Part shown: in pieces, positions 37,575 to 49,935 of the stretch
Numbering within the stretch: the first letter of the stretch is position 1
Layout of the letters: each line of letters starts with the position of its first letter
DNA from: Vicugna vicugna
Lineage: Eukaryota
NCBI GenBank assembly: GCA_013265495.1
Contig: MU062470.1
Span: 186,001-250,000, forward strand
Reading direction: 5' to 3'
DNA: 64,000 nucleotides
Notes under the pieces: generated by a model
The model's database searches: none
Seen by the model: only the letters and a program-made list of their open reading frames with translations
What the model was told of the DNA's origin: nothing
Translations under genes and position numbers: made by a program

Positions 37575-39100
37575 TCTGACTTTAATTTCTGCCAGCCTGA
37601 TAGACCACAAATACTGTAACTTATTTTTGCTCGTAATTATTTTATTACTAGTAAAATCAACGTCTTCCTTGTGGTATGTTTCCATCTTTATGGGGGCGAG
37701 GGGGTAAATTACTTTTCGTCATTTTCTCATGTTCATCTTATTTTTGTAGGGATGTTAATCTTTCATCCATTTTGTAATAAATCCCCCATCTTGTTATTTA
37801 TCTTCCAACTTGTGTAATTTCTAACCTTCGGAATGTCGTGTTTTTGTTGGTTTGCTGGATGGTGGTGGTGGCTCTGAGTTAAATTCGTCAGGCTGTTCTT
37901 GCTGTTTCCTGTCACGCTTGAAAAGAGCTTGCTGGCCTGAGAGTATTTACACTTCTGTCCATATTTTCTTCTAGTACTTTTATGGTTTTATTTTTAACTT
38001 TTACATCTTTGATGATTTAAGTTTATCACAGTGTAAGTATGAGATTTTTTTTTCAAGATGTCTCTCGGTTTTATTTTAACTTAATCCCTGTGAATGCTTC
38101 ACAAAAACATACACATAGAAGCAAAAAAAACTGTACAAACTAAATATCCAGCAGATACAACAAGTATCAGAAGGTCTAAGATGGACAGCTGTTAGGTGGC
38201 TGATGAGGCTGTTTGCATAATTTAAACAATCAACTTGGAATAAATAAATACTTTTAAAACATATAAAAGAAATTGGTAATCTGTAAAACAGTTGAATGGG
38301 TAGCATGCATTGATCAGCACACAGTGACCAGTAATATTTATTTAGTTCAAACTATTTACTGTTGTAAACATCAGAAACAAAAGCATTATGGACTCTTAAC
38401 TGGCTTTTACTTTTTCTAATTGGTTTTTGAAAAATCCACTTTCCCTGCTGATTTGGAAAGGCCTCCTTTGTGAGAGGCTGAGTTTCACATGGAAGACTTG
38501 TGTCTACTCACTTCAGGCCTCCTGCCCGGGCTGGACAGCCATTAGTGGAGTTTTTTTGACGGTCGGTTGTTTTTTGTTTTGTTTGCAGCAGGGATGCCAT
38601 GCCCCACTCTCCACGGATGCCCCTGCTCTGTTGCACCGTCTTCCTGTGCTGTGTTCCTCTGACACGCACCTTAGACATCTTGCTAAACGTATTCCTGTTT
38701 TATGATTTTGGGGGGCTGTTGTGAGTGGGTCTGTCACCCCCTCCCCACCGTCTCTGTCTGGTTACCATCGGTACAAAGACAGTTCGGTGTTCTCACTTGT
38801 TCATTTGGTGGCTGGCATCCTTAATGAACACTTCATTGTTTTTGATACTTGGCCTCTGGATCTTAGAGGTTTTCCAGACACATCTCTCTGTATAAACACA
38901 TATTTGCACACATATATGTTACCTCTCCCACCATACATAAATCGTGCTTGTGCTGCCCCTTTTCAGTGTGTCTGTCCCTCATGTCCTTGACTGGTTCAGG
39001 GGCTCGAACTCTCACAATCATGATAAACGATGATGGAGAAGTTACGCATCCTCGTTTTGTCCACGGTTTCAGTGGAATATTTCAGGCTTGATCTGTGATC
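37575..39100 (-). mobile_element. Ancient L1 (L1ME-like) fragments, discontinuous
   Basis: ttaatttctgccagcctgatag..., atattttcttctagtactttatggttttatttttaac, gcatcctcgttttgtcc; heavily diverged. Confidence 0.5.
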
Positions 39101-39334
39101 GGAAAGAAAGAGAGTACGTGTGTTGGAGAGCCCATTCCAGGATAAAGAGCCGTGTACTCATATTATGAAGGCCAGAGGGAGGAAGTCAGGTGTGGACAGG
39201 TTGTTGAAGCTGGAGTTCAAGGTAGGGGTTACCAGCATGAGAGACAGAGGGCTCCCCTCCCCAGGGGAAGGTGACCTCCATATGGTGGACGCTGCTGGCA
39301 CGATGTGGTGCAGGGCCCTGGACTCAGACCCTCT

Positions 39335-39445
39335 GGAAGGGTGGTCTCTGACCCACCTGGCTGTTGTGAGGATGGAATGAAAGAGTGCACCTCGGAAGCA
39401 CTTAGTCCAGCGCCTGGCACGGTGAGCACAAACCAAATGTGAAGT
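39335..39445 (+). mobile_element. MIR 3' half
   Basis: gctgttgtgaggatggaatga...gcacttagtccagcgcctggcacggtgagcac. Confidence 0.65.
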
Positions 39446-40469
39446 GTTCTTGTCCTTTACTATGGTCAGTGTCACACATGATTATCGGAAGAGGGGCTGT
39501 AAGTGATAAAAATAGTGGGTGGGAAAGATGACTTCATCCCGCACGTAGGGTGGGTTAGAGCAGGTGCGGCAAAGGGACCGATTAGAGCAGGTGGGCACCT
39601 CTGTGTGTGAGGCTGATCCCTGCTCCGGGAGGGCAGCCGTTCTCCAGGCCCGAGTCCCTGGAAAAATGCACCCACAGCCGCTTTCCTGAGCACCGTTACA
39701 GCAGGTTCGTGGCCCTGTGGCAGCTTTCCGTGACCAGCTTATTCGTGTCTGAGGGCATTTTCTCTTGGAGTTGTTCACACGTCAATGTGCGGTGCATGTG
39801 GTTAGCAGGAACGCGGGCCCCCGTTTGTGGCTCTCTTCACACACACTGTCTTCAGATCCCTGACTGAGTGACGATGCAGTCACTGTCCACATGCGTGTAT
39901 TTCTCAAGGTCTCAGGGAAGGTTTGAAATACTTGCTGATTAATGGAGAGTGAAAAGTGAACCAGACTTTCTCAGGATATTTAGAAAAACTCAGACACTTA
40001 AAAGCAAAAAAATCAAACAATATTTGAAGTGATTTATACAGTTTCAGCAGTAACTTTTTCCCACCTAAGCGAGAGCACGGGCTACACGGCCCTTCTCACT
40101 CTGCTCAGGCCTTTAAGTGGAAGCGGGCGGGGGGAGGTCTGTAAGTCAGATGACAGCTGACATGTGTCTCGTAACACGGTTTCTAACTCGTTTCCCCTCT
40201 TAAAACTGAGGACGTCCTCTACGATATGAACCCGTCTTATGTGGAATTTAAATAAAAGGGAATAAAGAAGTATATAAGAAGACTTGGGCGAACACTGTCC
40301 GGCACAGGCCTGAAGTAGAGCGACTGCACGGGCGCTTCTGAGATGCGAGCCGGCCGGCTGGCCGCCCCCAGCGTCGGGGAGGGGCAGGCACCCTCGCTGT
40401 GGTGGACAGCGGCGGCCGCTGGTCCCAGGAGGCCACAGAGTGCTCCCACCCTGATGATTTTCATGACCT

Positions 40470-40680
40470 CTTATTTGAAATAGTTTAGCCGTAAGTTGCA
40501 AACATCGTCTTCACGTACCCTCACCCCGCTTCCTCAGGGATAATGCCCACTGTGACCCTGGTACCCCGTCCGGTCGAGGCAACGACACTGGTGCCGTCCA
40601 AGGTCATCTGAACGACTTTCACGTCCGGCATTTGCTCGTGACCAGGACTCCTGAGCGACAGGAAAGTCACCGAAGCTTTA
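40470..40680 (-). mobile_element. L1MC/MB-like 3' end remnant, strongly GC-shifted
   Basis: ttatttgaaatagtttag...aagttgcaaacatcgt...gtaccctcaccccgcttcc follows the L1MC terminus pattern. Confidence 0.45.
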
Positions 40681-40874
40681 GCTAAACCACTGAAGCACTG
40701 AGTGTGGGCGGCTGCAGGGAGCCCCCCACCTCTGCTTCCCCGTCGGGCGGGGCCCAGCACAGCTCATCACCATCTCGAGCTTCTTCATTTGTCCTTATGT
40801 CCTTGATGTCTCTCTTTATTTACCATAGCGCTGATTTTCTGGTCTGTGTCCTTGAACTGTTAACTCACTGACTT

Positions 40875-41105
40875 CCAAGGATTTTGACCAAACCCATAGG
40901 ACAAAATGCATTATGTTGTGATCTTTTTACAGAAATTTGTTTATGTGCCTTTAGGGGTGTGAGTGTGTGTAAAACTGAAACAACAGTGCCGAGACTAGAA
41001 GCTCCCCTCAGCATGTGCGGTGTGCTCGTGTTTTCTGTTTTGTGTTTTAAGTGCTTGTCACAACCTACTGCATTGACGTTACAAACCACTGGTAGAAAAC
41101 GGCTA
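40875..41105. mobile_element. Possible hAT-Charlie-type MER DNA transposon remnant
   Basis: Ends in gtcacaacctactgcattgacgttacaaaccactggtagaaaac, loosely like Charlie-type termini; weak. Confidence 0.25.
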
Positions 41106-42491
41106 AAAACCACCAGGTGAGCTTCTGTTGCCCCATTATTTTGCTTATTCCACCTTTCTTTCCCAAGTCAGCTGTAAACCCTTTTCAGGTGGCGATGCTT
41201 TACAACTAAACAATTCAGAAAGAAAACCACTCCCGCGTAATCGCAGTACCGCCATTTCTCCTCCCGTGCCACGTGTGTCAGTTCAGTTGGCAGACATCAT
41301 CTTTCAGGAAGGATGGGCACGTGCGTGCGTAGAAGATGACGTAACGCAGTCTGGGATGCTGTGTTCTCGGCTGCCCTGGGGAGTGAGAAGTGGCGTTTTA
41401 TCTGGGCGTGGTCGCTTGTAACTCAGATTCCGCCCCAGCCCGTGTGGGAGGAGAGAAAGACGGACACGTGATGGAGGTGGGTGCAGAAGGCAGCAGCCTG
41501 CGCTTGCCTGACGGTAAGGAGAGCTTGGTGTGGGCTGTCAGTGGTGGTGGGAAATCCGGAGGGGGCTGTCGTTGGCGGCGGGAAATCGGGAGGTGGGGGC
41601 GGCTGTTTGTGGTGGAAAGTCAGGTCAGGATCTGGAAAATCAGATGCACGCTTCCTGTTACATCTGCGCAGAGGCTTTTATGGGACCCTGGAGGGAGTAG
41701 GGGACTTCAGAGGTCTTAAGTTTGTGATCAGAGTAGTGACGTGAGCAGATGGAAGCTGAGGGGGAAAGTTCGTGTTTCACTCTGGAGCAGGCGTTGGAGA
41801 GAGGGGACAGAGACTGAAGGCGGGGAGAGAAGGATCTATGCAAGTAATAGGTGAAAAATATAAAAATGTAGTGAACTTACCATACTCTTAAAAATAATGT
41901 TTTTATTTGTAAAAATAATCTACCGGGTCATTTTGATAATGTATTATTCCCTCCTATCTCAGTAGTGTTTTCACAGAGTCTTTTTTGAAAATGTGTTTGT
42001 ATCCAGCGTTTCGGCTGCTTCATGCAGGGGGGCTGCTGGGAGTGGCAGGCGCACCGCGCGGCAGAGCCCAGGCCCCTCCAGCCGGTTCCTCCGCCTCTCC
42101 TCCACGGGCTTGGGTTGGGCTTCGGCGCACTGTTGTGCTGGGAGACTGCCTTGGTGTTTTTGCTCCCTACTCTTCCTGCTGTTTCTGGTGTGGTTGGTTT
42201 TAGTTTTGGTTTTTGATGTTTACACTTACATGTTTATCACCAGAGCTGCTGCTGCTGCTTTCTTTGATTGTGTTTAATGAAGGCAACTTTTTTTGGTTAC
42301 AAAAGTAAATGCACATAGAACCTGTCCTAAAGGTCTTACGAGCCAGCCAGGCAAGAAATGATGAGGTTCTAAACCTGGGCATGGATTGTAAGCATGTATA
42401 TAAGAGAAAAAAAAAGAAATACACTGAGGTAAAACTGTCAGGATTTGAGGACTGACTGACTCTTCCCTAAACACTGTCTGCCATCACCACT

Positions 42492-42960
42492 TAATATTGT
42501 ATTATAGGTTTTATCCAGAGCAATTAGGCAAGAAAAAGAAATAAAAAGCATGCAGACTGGAAAGGAAGAAGTAAAAATATCTCTATTGTGAATGACATGA
42601 CCTTGTACATTGAAAATCCTAAGGAATCCATGAAAATTTAGAGTTAATAAACAGGTTCAGCAAGGTTACAGGGTATAAGATCAAAAACAAAAGTCAGTTA
42701 TATGTCTGCACTCTAGCAATAAACAACCCCTAAATTAGGAAAACAGTTCACTTTATATTAGCACCAAAAAGAATAAAATACTTAGGCATAAATTTAACAA
42801 AACAGTTTAATACTTATATAATGTAAAACCATAAAATACCACTGAAAGAAGTAAAAGAAGACCTAAATAAATGGAAATATGTCCTGTGTTCATGGACTGG
42901 AAGACTTCTTGGTTAAGGTGGTTATAGCCCGCCCCCCCCCGATTGACCTGCAGATTCAAT
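42492..42960 (+). mobile_element. L1 ORF2 reverse-transcriptase-region fragment
   Basis: ccagagcaattaggcaagaaaaagaaataaaaagcat...gaaaatcctaagg...gaagacctaaataaatggaaa. Confidence 0.85.
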
Positions 42961-44655
42961 AAATCACTGGAAAGCCATCAAATTACAAAGGAAATCAGTA
43001 ATTAAAGAAGAAAAGGAAACTAAAAATGAGCCAGAAAAACAATAAGATAGAATTAAAAAGTCCCCGCTGATCAATAACCACTTTAAATGTAAATGGACTG
43101 AATGCTCCAATCAAAAGACATGGAGTGTCTGGAGGATAAAAAAAACACAAGACCCAACAATATGCTGCTGTGGAAGACTCACTTCAGCTTTAAAGGCACA
43201 AAGGCTCAGTGTGAAGGGATGAGAAAAGATACTCCAAGCAAGTGGAAAATGGGAGAACAGGGGTAGCTATGCTTAACCACACAAAAGAGACTTTAAGCCA
43301 AAAATGGTAACAAGAGACAAGGTTACTACATAATGATAAAGCAGTCAGTCATCAAAAACATATAACTCTCATAAATACACGTCCCCACCATCAGAGCACC
43401 TCAGTGTGGTAAGCACATACTAACACTCTGAAGGAAGAAACAGACAACCATACGATAATGAGGGAATTCAGTACTCCACTCTCACCAACAGAACGATCAT
43501 TCCGACGGAAAGTCAACAGGAAAACGGTGGACTTGAACTATATTTTATATCAGATGAAACCTAACAGATACATAGAGAACATTCCTTTGAACTGCGGCAA
43601 AATAATGTATTCTTCTCAAGTGCAAGTGTGACGTTCTCCAGCACCGGCCACATGATAGGTTACAAAACAAATCTTAGCAAATTTAAGAAGACTGAAGTCA
43701 TACCAGGTATCTTTTCTGACCAAAATGCCATGAAACTAGAAACCAACAACAGGAGGAAGGCTGGGAAATTCACAAATATGTGGAAATTAAACAACATACT
43801 CCTGAAAAACCAATGAGTCAAAGAAACCAAAAGGAAATTTTTAAAAATACTGAAACAAAACTGTAAGCACAACATATCAAAACATATGGGATGGTGCAAA
43901 AGCAGTTTTAAGAGGGGAGTTTATAACCACAAACACCTACATTTAAGAAAAAAAGCTCAAGTAACCTAACTTTACATGTCAAGGAACTACAGGAAGAACG
44001 AAAAAAGAAAACAAAATTAAACTCAGGATTAGCAGGAGGAAGGAAATTAAAATGAAAGCAGAAATAGAGACAAAAAAGACAGTAGGAAAGATCAGAGAAA
44101 CTAAGCTGGTTTTTCTGAAAAGAAAATAGGTGACTGTTAGTTAGACTTAACTGTTAGGCTCACATGGTACTACAAGTGGAAGAGGAGACGGTTACAACTG
44201 ATAATACAAAAATGCAATGGAGCATAAGATTATGAAAATTATACATGGATTTGGACAATGTAGAAGAAATGGATAGATTTCTAGAAACATAGAACCTATC
44301 AAAATTGAATCATGAAGAAATCTGAAATCTGAACACACCTAGTAAGTAAAGTAATTGAATGAGGCATCAAAATTCTCCCAGCAAACAACGTGGTATGGCG
44401 TGGATGACCCTGGCAGTGTGCTCAGTGGAAGAAGCCAGACACAAAATGCCACTTATTATAGGCGTCTGTTCATGTGAAACGTTCAGAACAGGCAAGTCCA
44501 TGGAGACAGAAAGTAGAAGGTGTATCGGGGGCCGCCAGGGGGAAGGAGAGTGCAGTGTGGGCTGATGGGGACGGGGTTTCTTCTGGGGGGTGATGAAAAT
44601 GTCCTGGAATTAGACAGTGATCACGGTGGCACAGCTTTGCGACTAGACTGGAACC
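42961..44655 (+). mobile_element. L1: ORF1 end plus endonuclease region (42961-44385) joined to an L1MB-like 3' UTR (44386-44655)
   Basis: ctttaaatgtaaatggactgaatgctccaatcaaaagaca; track ORF 43628-43816 (TGHMIGYKTNLSKFKKTEVIPGIFSDQNAMKLE) is L1 ORF2p; 3' UTR ggtgatgaaaatgtcctggaattagacagtg. Confidence 0.85.
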
Positions 44656-45320
44656 TGGCTACTGTTGTGTGGGATGAGCCGTCGTGCCCTACAGTGACCT
44701 GTAGATCTAGAAGGAAATATAAGGCCATCGGTTCGTTTCAGCCTTAAACAAATTGCTCACAGCTGACCCTTCTGAAGATTCCACCTTGAACTTTCAAACT
44801 TAGGAGATCTGAGAGGGGAGGAGTCTAGGGCTCCTGTCACTACAACGTTGTACAGAATGCTTGTTGATACTATTTTTATATGAAAACTTTTCTAATACTA
44901 CTAGGTGCTGCTTTTTTTTAATAGTGACTGCGAATTTTTCACTTGTTTTGAGTGAAAGTTTGGCATCACCCAGGTTTTCCATCTGTTTCAACCATAAATA
45001 TAGCAGTTTCTTTTTTGTAAGAAATTGCTAAAAGCTTTAACATCAGGAATTTTGGAAATTCTTCAGACAAGACAGTCAGGAAAGATTGATGACATGTTGA
45101 GAGAAAGCAGGCAGCCCTCATTTCAGATCAGTCACGTATTTTATTTCTGTCAGTTACTCCGTACAAAATGCAGGTAGTAACATGACCTCCAGATGCCGGA
45201 GCATCGTGCGCCCTGGGCTGCACTTGTGTGCTGCTGCTCCGTGTGCCTGGCGGGTGTCCCAGTCCCGCAGGGTGGGGCTGGGGCGGGTACCGTGTGCTCC
45301 TGGGGGGAGGGTGTTCTTAC

Positions 45321-45874
45321 CTTTTTTTTTTTAATTTATGGTTATTTATTGTTTTAGTTGGCGTATAGTCAGTTTACAATGGTGTGTCAATTTGTGGTGT
45401 ACAGTGTGATGTTTCAATCATACATGTACATACATATATTCCTTTTCATATTCTTTTCATTATAGGTTATTACAAGATATTGAACTGTGGTCCCTGTGCT
45501 ATACATATACAGTAAGACCATGTTTATCTGTTTTATATATAGTAGTTAGTATCTGCAGATTTCAAACTCCCCATTTATCCCTTCCCACCCTCTTCTGTTT
45601 TGTAAATAAGTGCATTTGTGTGTGTGTGGTTTTTTTAAGATTCTGCATATAAGTAATATCATATGGTATTTTTCTCTGTGTGGCTTACTNNNNNNNNNNN
45701 NNNNNNNNNNNNNNNNNNNNNNNNNNNNNNNNNNNNNNNNNNNNNNNNNNNNNNNNNNNNNNNNNNNNNNNNNNNNNNNNNNNNNNNNNNNNNNNNNNNN
45801 NNNNNNNNNNNNNNNNNNNNNNNNNNNNNNNNNNNNNNNNNNNNNNNNNATTTTAAATACTGCTGCTGTGAACT
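45321..45874 (-). mobile_element. L1 3' end with poly(T) tail, interrupted by an N gap
   Basis: t-run then gtatagtcagtttacaat...ttattacaagatattgaa...attctgcatataagtaatatcatatggtatt. Confidence 0.85.
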
Positions 45875-46092
45875 CCCGACCAAGAAGTTACTGTTCTTTC
45901 TCTGCTACTTTTTTTACACATGAGCAGAAAATCCCATTGTCTATGAAGGATGGTCACATCTTGTCCACGTTCACTTTCATGGCTTTTGTCTTACTTTACA
46001 GACACCCGCCTCCTTTGTTGAACTGTGCATAGTCGTCGTGAAGATAGAAGCAGAATCCCTCTTCTGTTTTTTTGAAAAATATGTATGTGTAT

Positions 46093-46864
46093 TATTAAGC
46101 CATTCTGACCGGTGTGAGGTGATAGGTCACTGTGGTTTTGATTTGCATTTCCCTGATTAGCAACATGGACCATCTTTTCGTGTGCCTATTGGCCATCTTC
46201 ATTTCCTCTTTGGAAGAATGTCTATTCAGTTCTTCTGCCCATTTTTAAAGTGGGTTGTTTGGGGTTTTTTGTTTGTTTGGTTTTGATGTTGAGTTGCATG
46301 GGCTCTTCATATCATGTGCAAATGTCGTCTCCCATTGAGTAGGTTGTCTTTTCGTTTGGACAGTGGTTTCGTTTGCTGTGTAAGAGCTGTTGAGTTTACT
46401 TAGGTCCCATTTGTTTATTTTTGCTTTTGTTTCCTTTGCTTTACAAGAGAGATCCAAAAAGATGCTAGTGTGATTTATGTCAAAGAATGTTCTGCCTACA
46501 TTGTCCTCTAGGAGTTTTATAGTATCTGGTCCATTTAGGTCCTTAATTCATTTTGAGCTTATTTTTGTATATGGTGTTAGAGAATGTTCTGAGTTCATTC
46601 TCTTACAAGTAGCTGTCCAGTTTTCCCAGCACCACTTACTGAAGAGACTGTCTTCATTGTATATTCTTACTTTCTTTGTCATAGACTAATTTNNNNNNNN
46701 NNNNNNNNNNNNNNNNNNNNNNNNNNNNNNNNNNNNNNNNNNNNNNNNNNNNNNNNNNNNNNNNNNNNNNNNNNNNNNNNNNNNNNNNNNNNNNNNNNNN
46801 NNNNNNNNNNNNNNNNNNNNNNNNTCCTCCAGCTCTGTTCTTTTTTATCAAGATTTTCTTTGGG
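46093..46864 (-). mobile_element. L1 ORF2 C-terminal fragment
   Basis: ccattctgaccggtgtgaggtgata...; track ORF 46245-46457 (-) KAKETKAKINKWDL...KRQPTQWE is L1 ORF2p. Confidence 0.88.
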
Positions 46865-47036
46865 NNNNNNNNNNNNNNNNNNNNNNNNNNNNNNNNNNNN
46901 NNNNNNNNNNNNNNNNNNNNNNNNNNNNNNNNNNNNNNNNNNNNNNNNNNNNNNNNNNNNNNNNNNNNNNNNNNNNNNNNNNNNNNNNNNNNNNNNNNNN
47001 NNNNNNNNNNNNNNNNNNNNNNNNNNNNNNNNNNNN

Positions 47037-47074
47037 ATTTTTGTTTTTGTTTTGGAAGGGGGGTAATTAGGTTA
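47037..47074 (-). mobile_element. 3' tail of a camelid-type SINE next to an N gap
   Basis: ttttgtttttgttttggaagggggtaattaggtt matches the tails of the SINEs at 11.7 kb and 30.25 kb. Confidence 0.55.
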
Positions 47075-47075
47075 A

Positions 47076-47537
47076 CTCTGGGTATATATTTGAAAGAAAC
47101 AAAACCACTAATTCAAAAAAATACATGCACCCCAGTATTCATAGCAGCACTATTTCAATTGCTGAGATACGGAAGCAACCTAAGTGTCCATCAACACACA
47201 CACAAGCACACGCGTGGTGGAATATTACTCAGCTATAAAAAATGAAACTTCGCCATTTGCAGCAACATAGATAGACTTGGAGGGCATTGTGCTGAGTGAA
47301 AGAGACAGAGAAAGAGAAATACTGTATGATATCCCTTATACATGGAATAAAAAATAACAAACTAGTGAATAAAACAAAAAAGCAGCAGACTCTAGTGGTT
47401 ACCAGTGGGGAGGGGCAAAATAGGGGTAGTGGAGGGGAAAAGGTTATTATGGGATTGTATGAAATCATGTGTGTGAAACTTGTGAAAATTATAAAACACT
47501 ATAGAATTTAAAGAATCTTTTATTCAATTAAAAATAA
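47076..47537 (+). mobile_element. L1 3' end (ORF2 terminus plus 3' UTR)
   Basis: atacatgcaccccagtattcatagcagcac...gaaatcatgtgtgtgaaac...gaatctttattcaattaaaaa. Confidence 0.85.
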
Positions 47538-47549
47538 TCTGAAAACATT

Positions 47550-49935
47550 TTCCTTTACTGAGGTAAAATTGACAAATAAAATTGTAAGATGTTTAAAGTG
47601 TACTTTGTGAATAGGATTTCCACTCCCAGAGTTAATTATCACATCCACCAGCTCTGTTTACCCCCTTTGTGTGTGTGATGACACGTAGGTTCTATTCTTT
47701 GGAAATTTCAGTTACAGCACACGGTATTATCAACTGCAGTCAGCATGTTGCATGTTAGATCCTCAGACTTACTCATCTTATAACTGAAAGTTGTGCCCTT
47801 TTACCAGCCTATCCCCCCTCGCCACCATTCCCAGCCCCTGTCAACCACTTGTCTACTCTCTGCTTCTGTGAAGCCCACTTTAAAAGATGGCACATGTATG
47901 TGATACTGTGCAGTGTTTGTCTTTCTCTGTCTGGCTTATCTCACTTAGNNNNNNNNNNNNNNNNNNNNNNNNNNNNNNNNNNNNNNNNNNNNNNNNNNNN
48001 NNNNNNNNNNNNNNNNNNNNNNNNNNNNNNNNNNNNNNNNNNNNNNNNNNNNNNNNNNNNNNNNNNNNNNNNNNNNNNNNNNNNNNNNNNNNNNNNNNNN
48101 NNNNNNNNTGTTTCCATGTCTTAGTTGTTGTAAATTACAGGGTTTTGGTTTCTTTTGCATAAAAATCCACAAGTGAAACTGCTGGATCATATGGTAGTTC
48201 AGTTTTTAATTTTTTGAGGCACCTCCTTACTATTTTCCATAACGGCTGTATCACGTTACATTCCCACCAGCAGTGCATGTGGGTTCTCTTTTTTCCACAT
48301 CCTCACCAGCATTTGTAATCTCTGGTCTTTTTCATGGTAGACATTCTGACAGGTGTAAGATGGTAACTCATTGTGGCTTTGATCTGCATTTCCCTAATAA
48401 TTAGTGATGTTGATCATCTTTTCATGTACCTTTTACCCATCTGTCTGCTTTAGAAAAAAATGTCTGTTCAGATCCTCTGGCCCAATTTTAAGTAGATTGT
48501 CTGCTTTCTGATGAGCTGTGTGAATTTTTTATGTATTTTGGATGCTAACTCCTTACTAGTTACATGATTTGCAGATGTTTTCTCCCATCCATAGGCTGCC
48601 TTTTCATATTGCTGATAGTTTCTTTTGCTGTATAAAAGCTTTTTAGTTTGATGGTGTCCCATTTGTTTATTTTTTGCTTTTGTTGCCTTTGCTTTTGGTG
48701 TCAAACTTAAGAATATTATTGCCAAGACCAATTCAAGGAGGTTTTCCTATGTTTTCTTCTAGGAGTGTCATGTACGCTCCATTTTTCTGGGTTGTCCTGT
48801 TTGTTGTCTAATTGTCACAGTAGTCTCCTTTTATCCTCTGTGTTTCTGTGGTATTAGTTGTAGTGTCTCCTCTTTCATTTCTAATTTTATTTATTTGACT
48901 CCTTTCTCTCTTTTTCTTAGTGAATTTAACTAAAGGTTTGTCTTTTTACTTTTTAAAAAAAGACAGCTCTTAATTCCATTGACCTTTTCTACTGTCTTTT
49001 TAGTCTGTATTTCACTTACTTTTACTCTCTTATCTTTCCTTCCTTCTGCTGCCCTTAGGCTTAATTTGGTCTTTTTCTAGTTCTTTAAAGTGCTAGATTA
49101 AGATCTTTCTTTTTTTCTTAATATAGACATTTATTGCTATAAACATCCCTGTTAAAACTGCTTTTGCTGCATCTCATAAGTTTTGGTATTTTGTGTTTCC
49201 ATTTTGATTGGCTTCCAGATATTAAAATTTTTTTCCCTTTGATTTCTTCTTTGACCCATTGAGTTTTTCAGTAACATGTTGTTTAATCTCCATGTATTTG
49301 TGAATTTTCCAGTTTTCTCATTTTTGATTTCTGGTTTCATACCATCATGGTCAGACAAAATGCTTGATATGATTTGTCTCCTTATATTTATTAAAATTAG
49401 TTCTGCAGCCTAATCTATGACCTGTCCTGGAGAATGTCCTGTGTGCACTTGAGAGGAGTGTGTGTGCTGTCGGGTGGAACCTTCCACGTGTGTGTATGGG
49501 TCCCCGAGGCAGGAAGTGCAGTTCAGGTCCAGTCGTCTCTTGTGGATGTTACGTCTGAACGAGCCGTCTGTTGTGGAAAGTGGGTACTGACGTCCCTCCT
49601 GTTGCCGTGTGGTTGTCTGTGTCTCCCTTCAGATCCATTAGTATTTGCATACATACTTACGAATGCTGTATTTTCTTGATGAATTGATCCTCTTTCATTG
49701 TATAGAATGATCTTCTTTGTCTCTTGTTGCCATTTTTGGCTCTTTTTGTCTTTTACAAGTACAGCTTGCATGGAGTCTTTTCCCATCCCTTCACTTTGAG
49801 CCTGTCTGTCCTTAAAGCTAAGTGAGTCTTTCATAAGCAGTGCTGGGTCTTGTTTTCAGTTCATTCAGCCCATCTGTGTCTTTTGATTGGAGAATTCCAT
49901 TCATTTACACTTGGAGTGATTTCTGTTAGATGTGG
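47550..49935 (-). mobile_element. L1 (L1MA9-like 3' UTR plus ORF2 C-terminus, 47550-48775) joined to an endonuclease-region fragment (48776-49935)
   Basis: gttagatcctcagacttactcatcttataactgaaag; gctggatcatatggtagttc; tgtcttttgattggagaattccattcatttacac. Confidence 0.85.

Larger units (their letters stand above)
45690..48108. other. Four assembly gaps: 45690-45849 (160 N), 46693-46824 (132 N), 46865-47036 (172 N), 47949-48108 (160 N)
   Basis: N runs; all fall in high-copy repeat sequence, as expected of a short-read assembly. Confidence 0.97.

Noticed and set aside
45690-48108. Two 160-N gaps at the same homologous L1 position, suggesting a repeated structure
   Set aside because: These are assembly gaps in high-copy L1 sequence. 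They also limit confidence in the L1 junction interpretations nearby.
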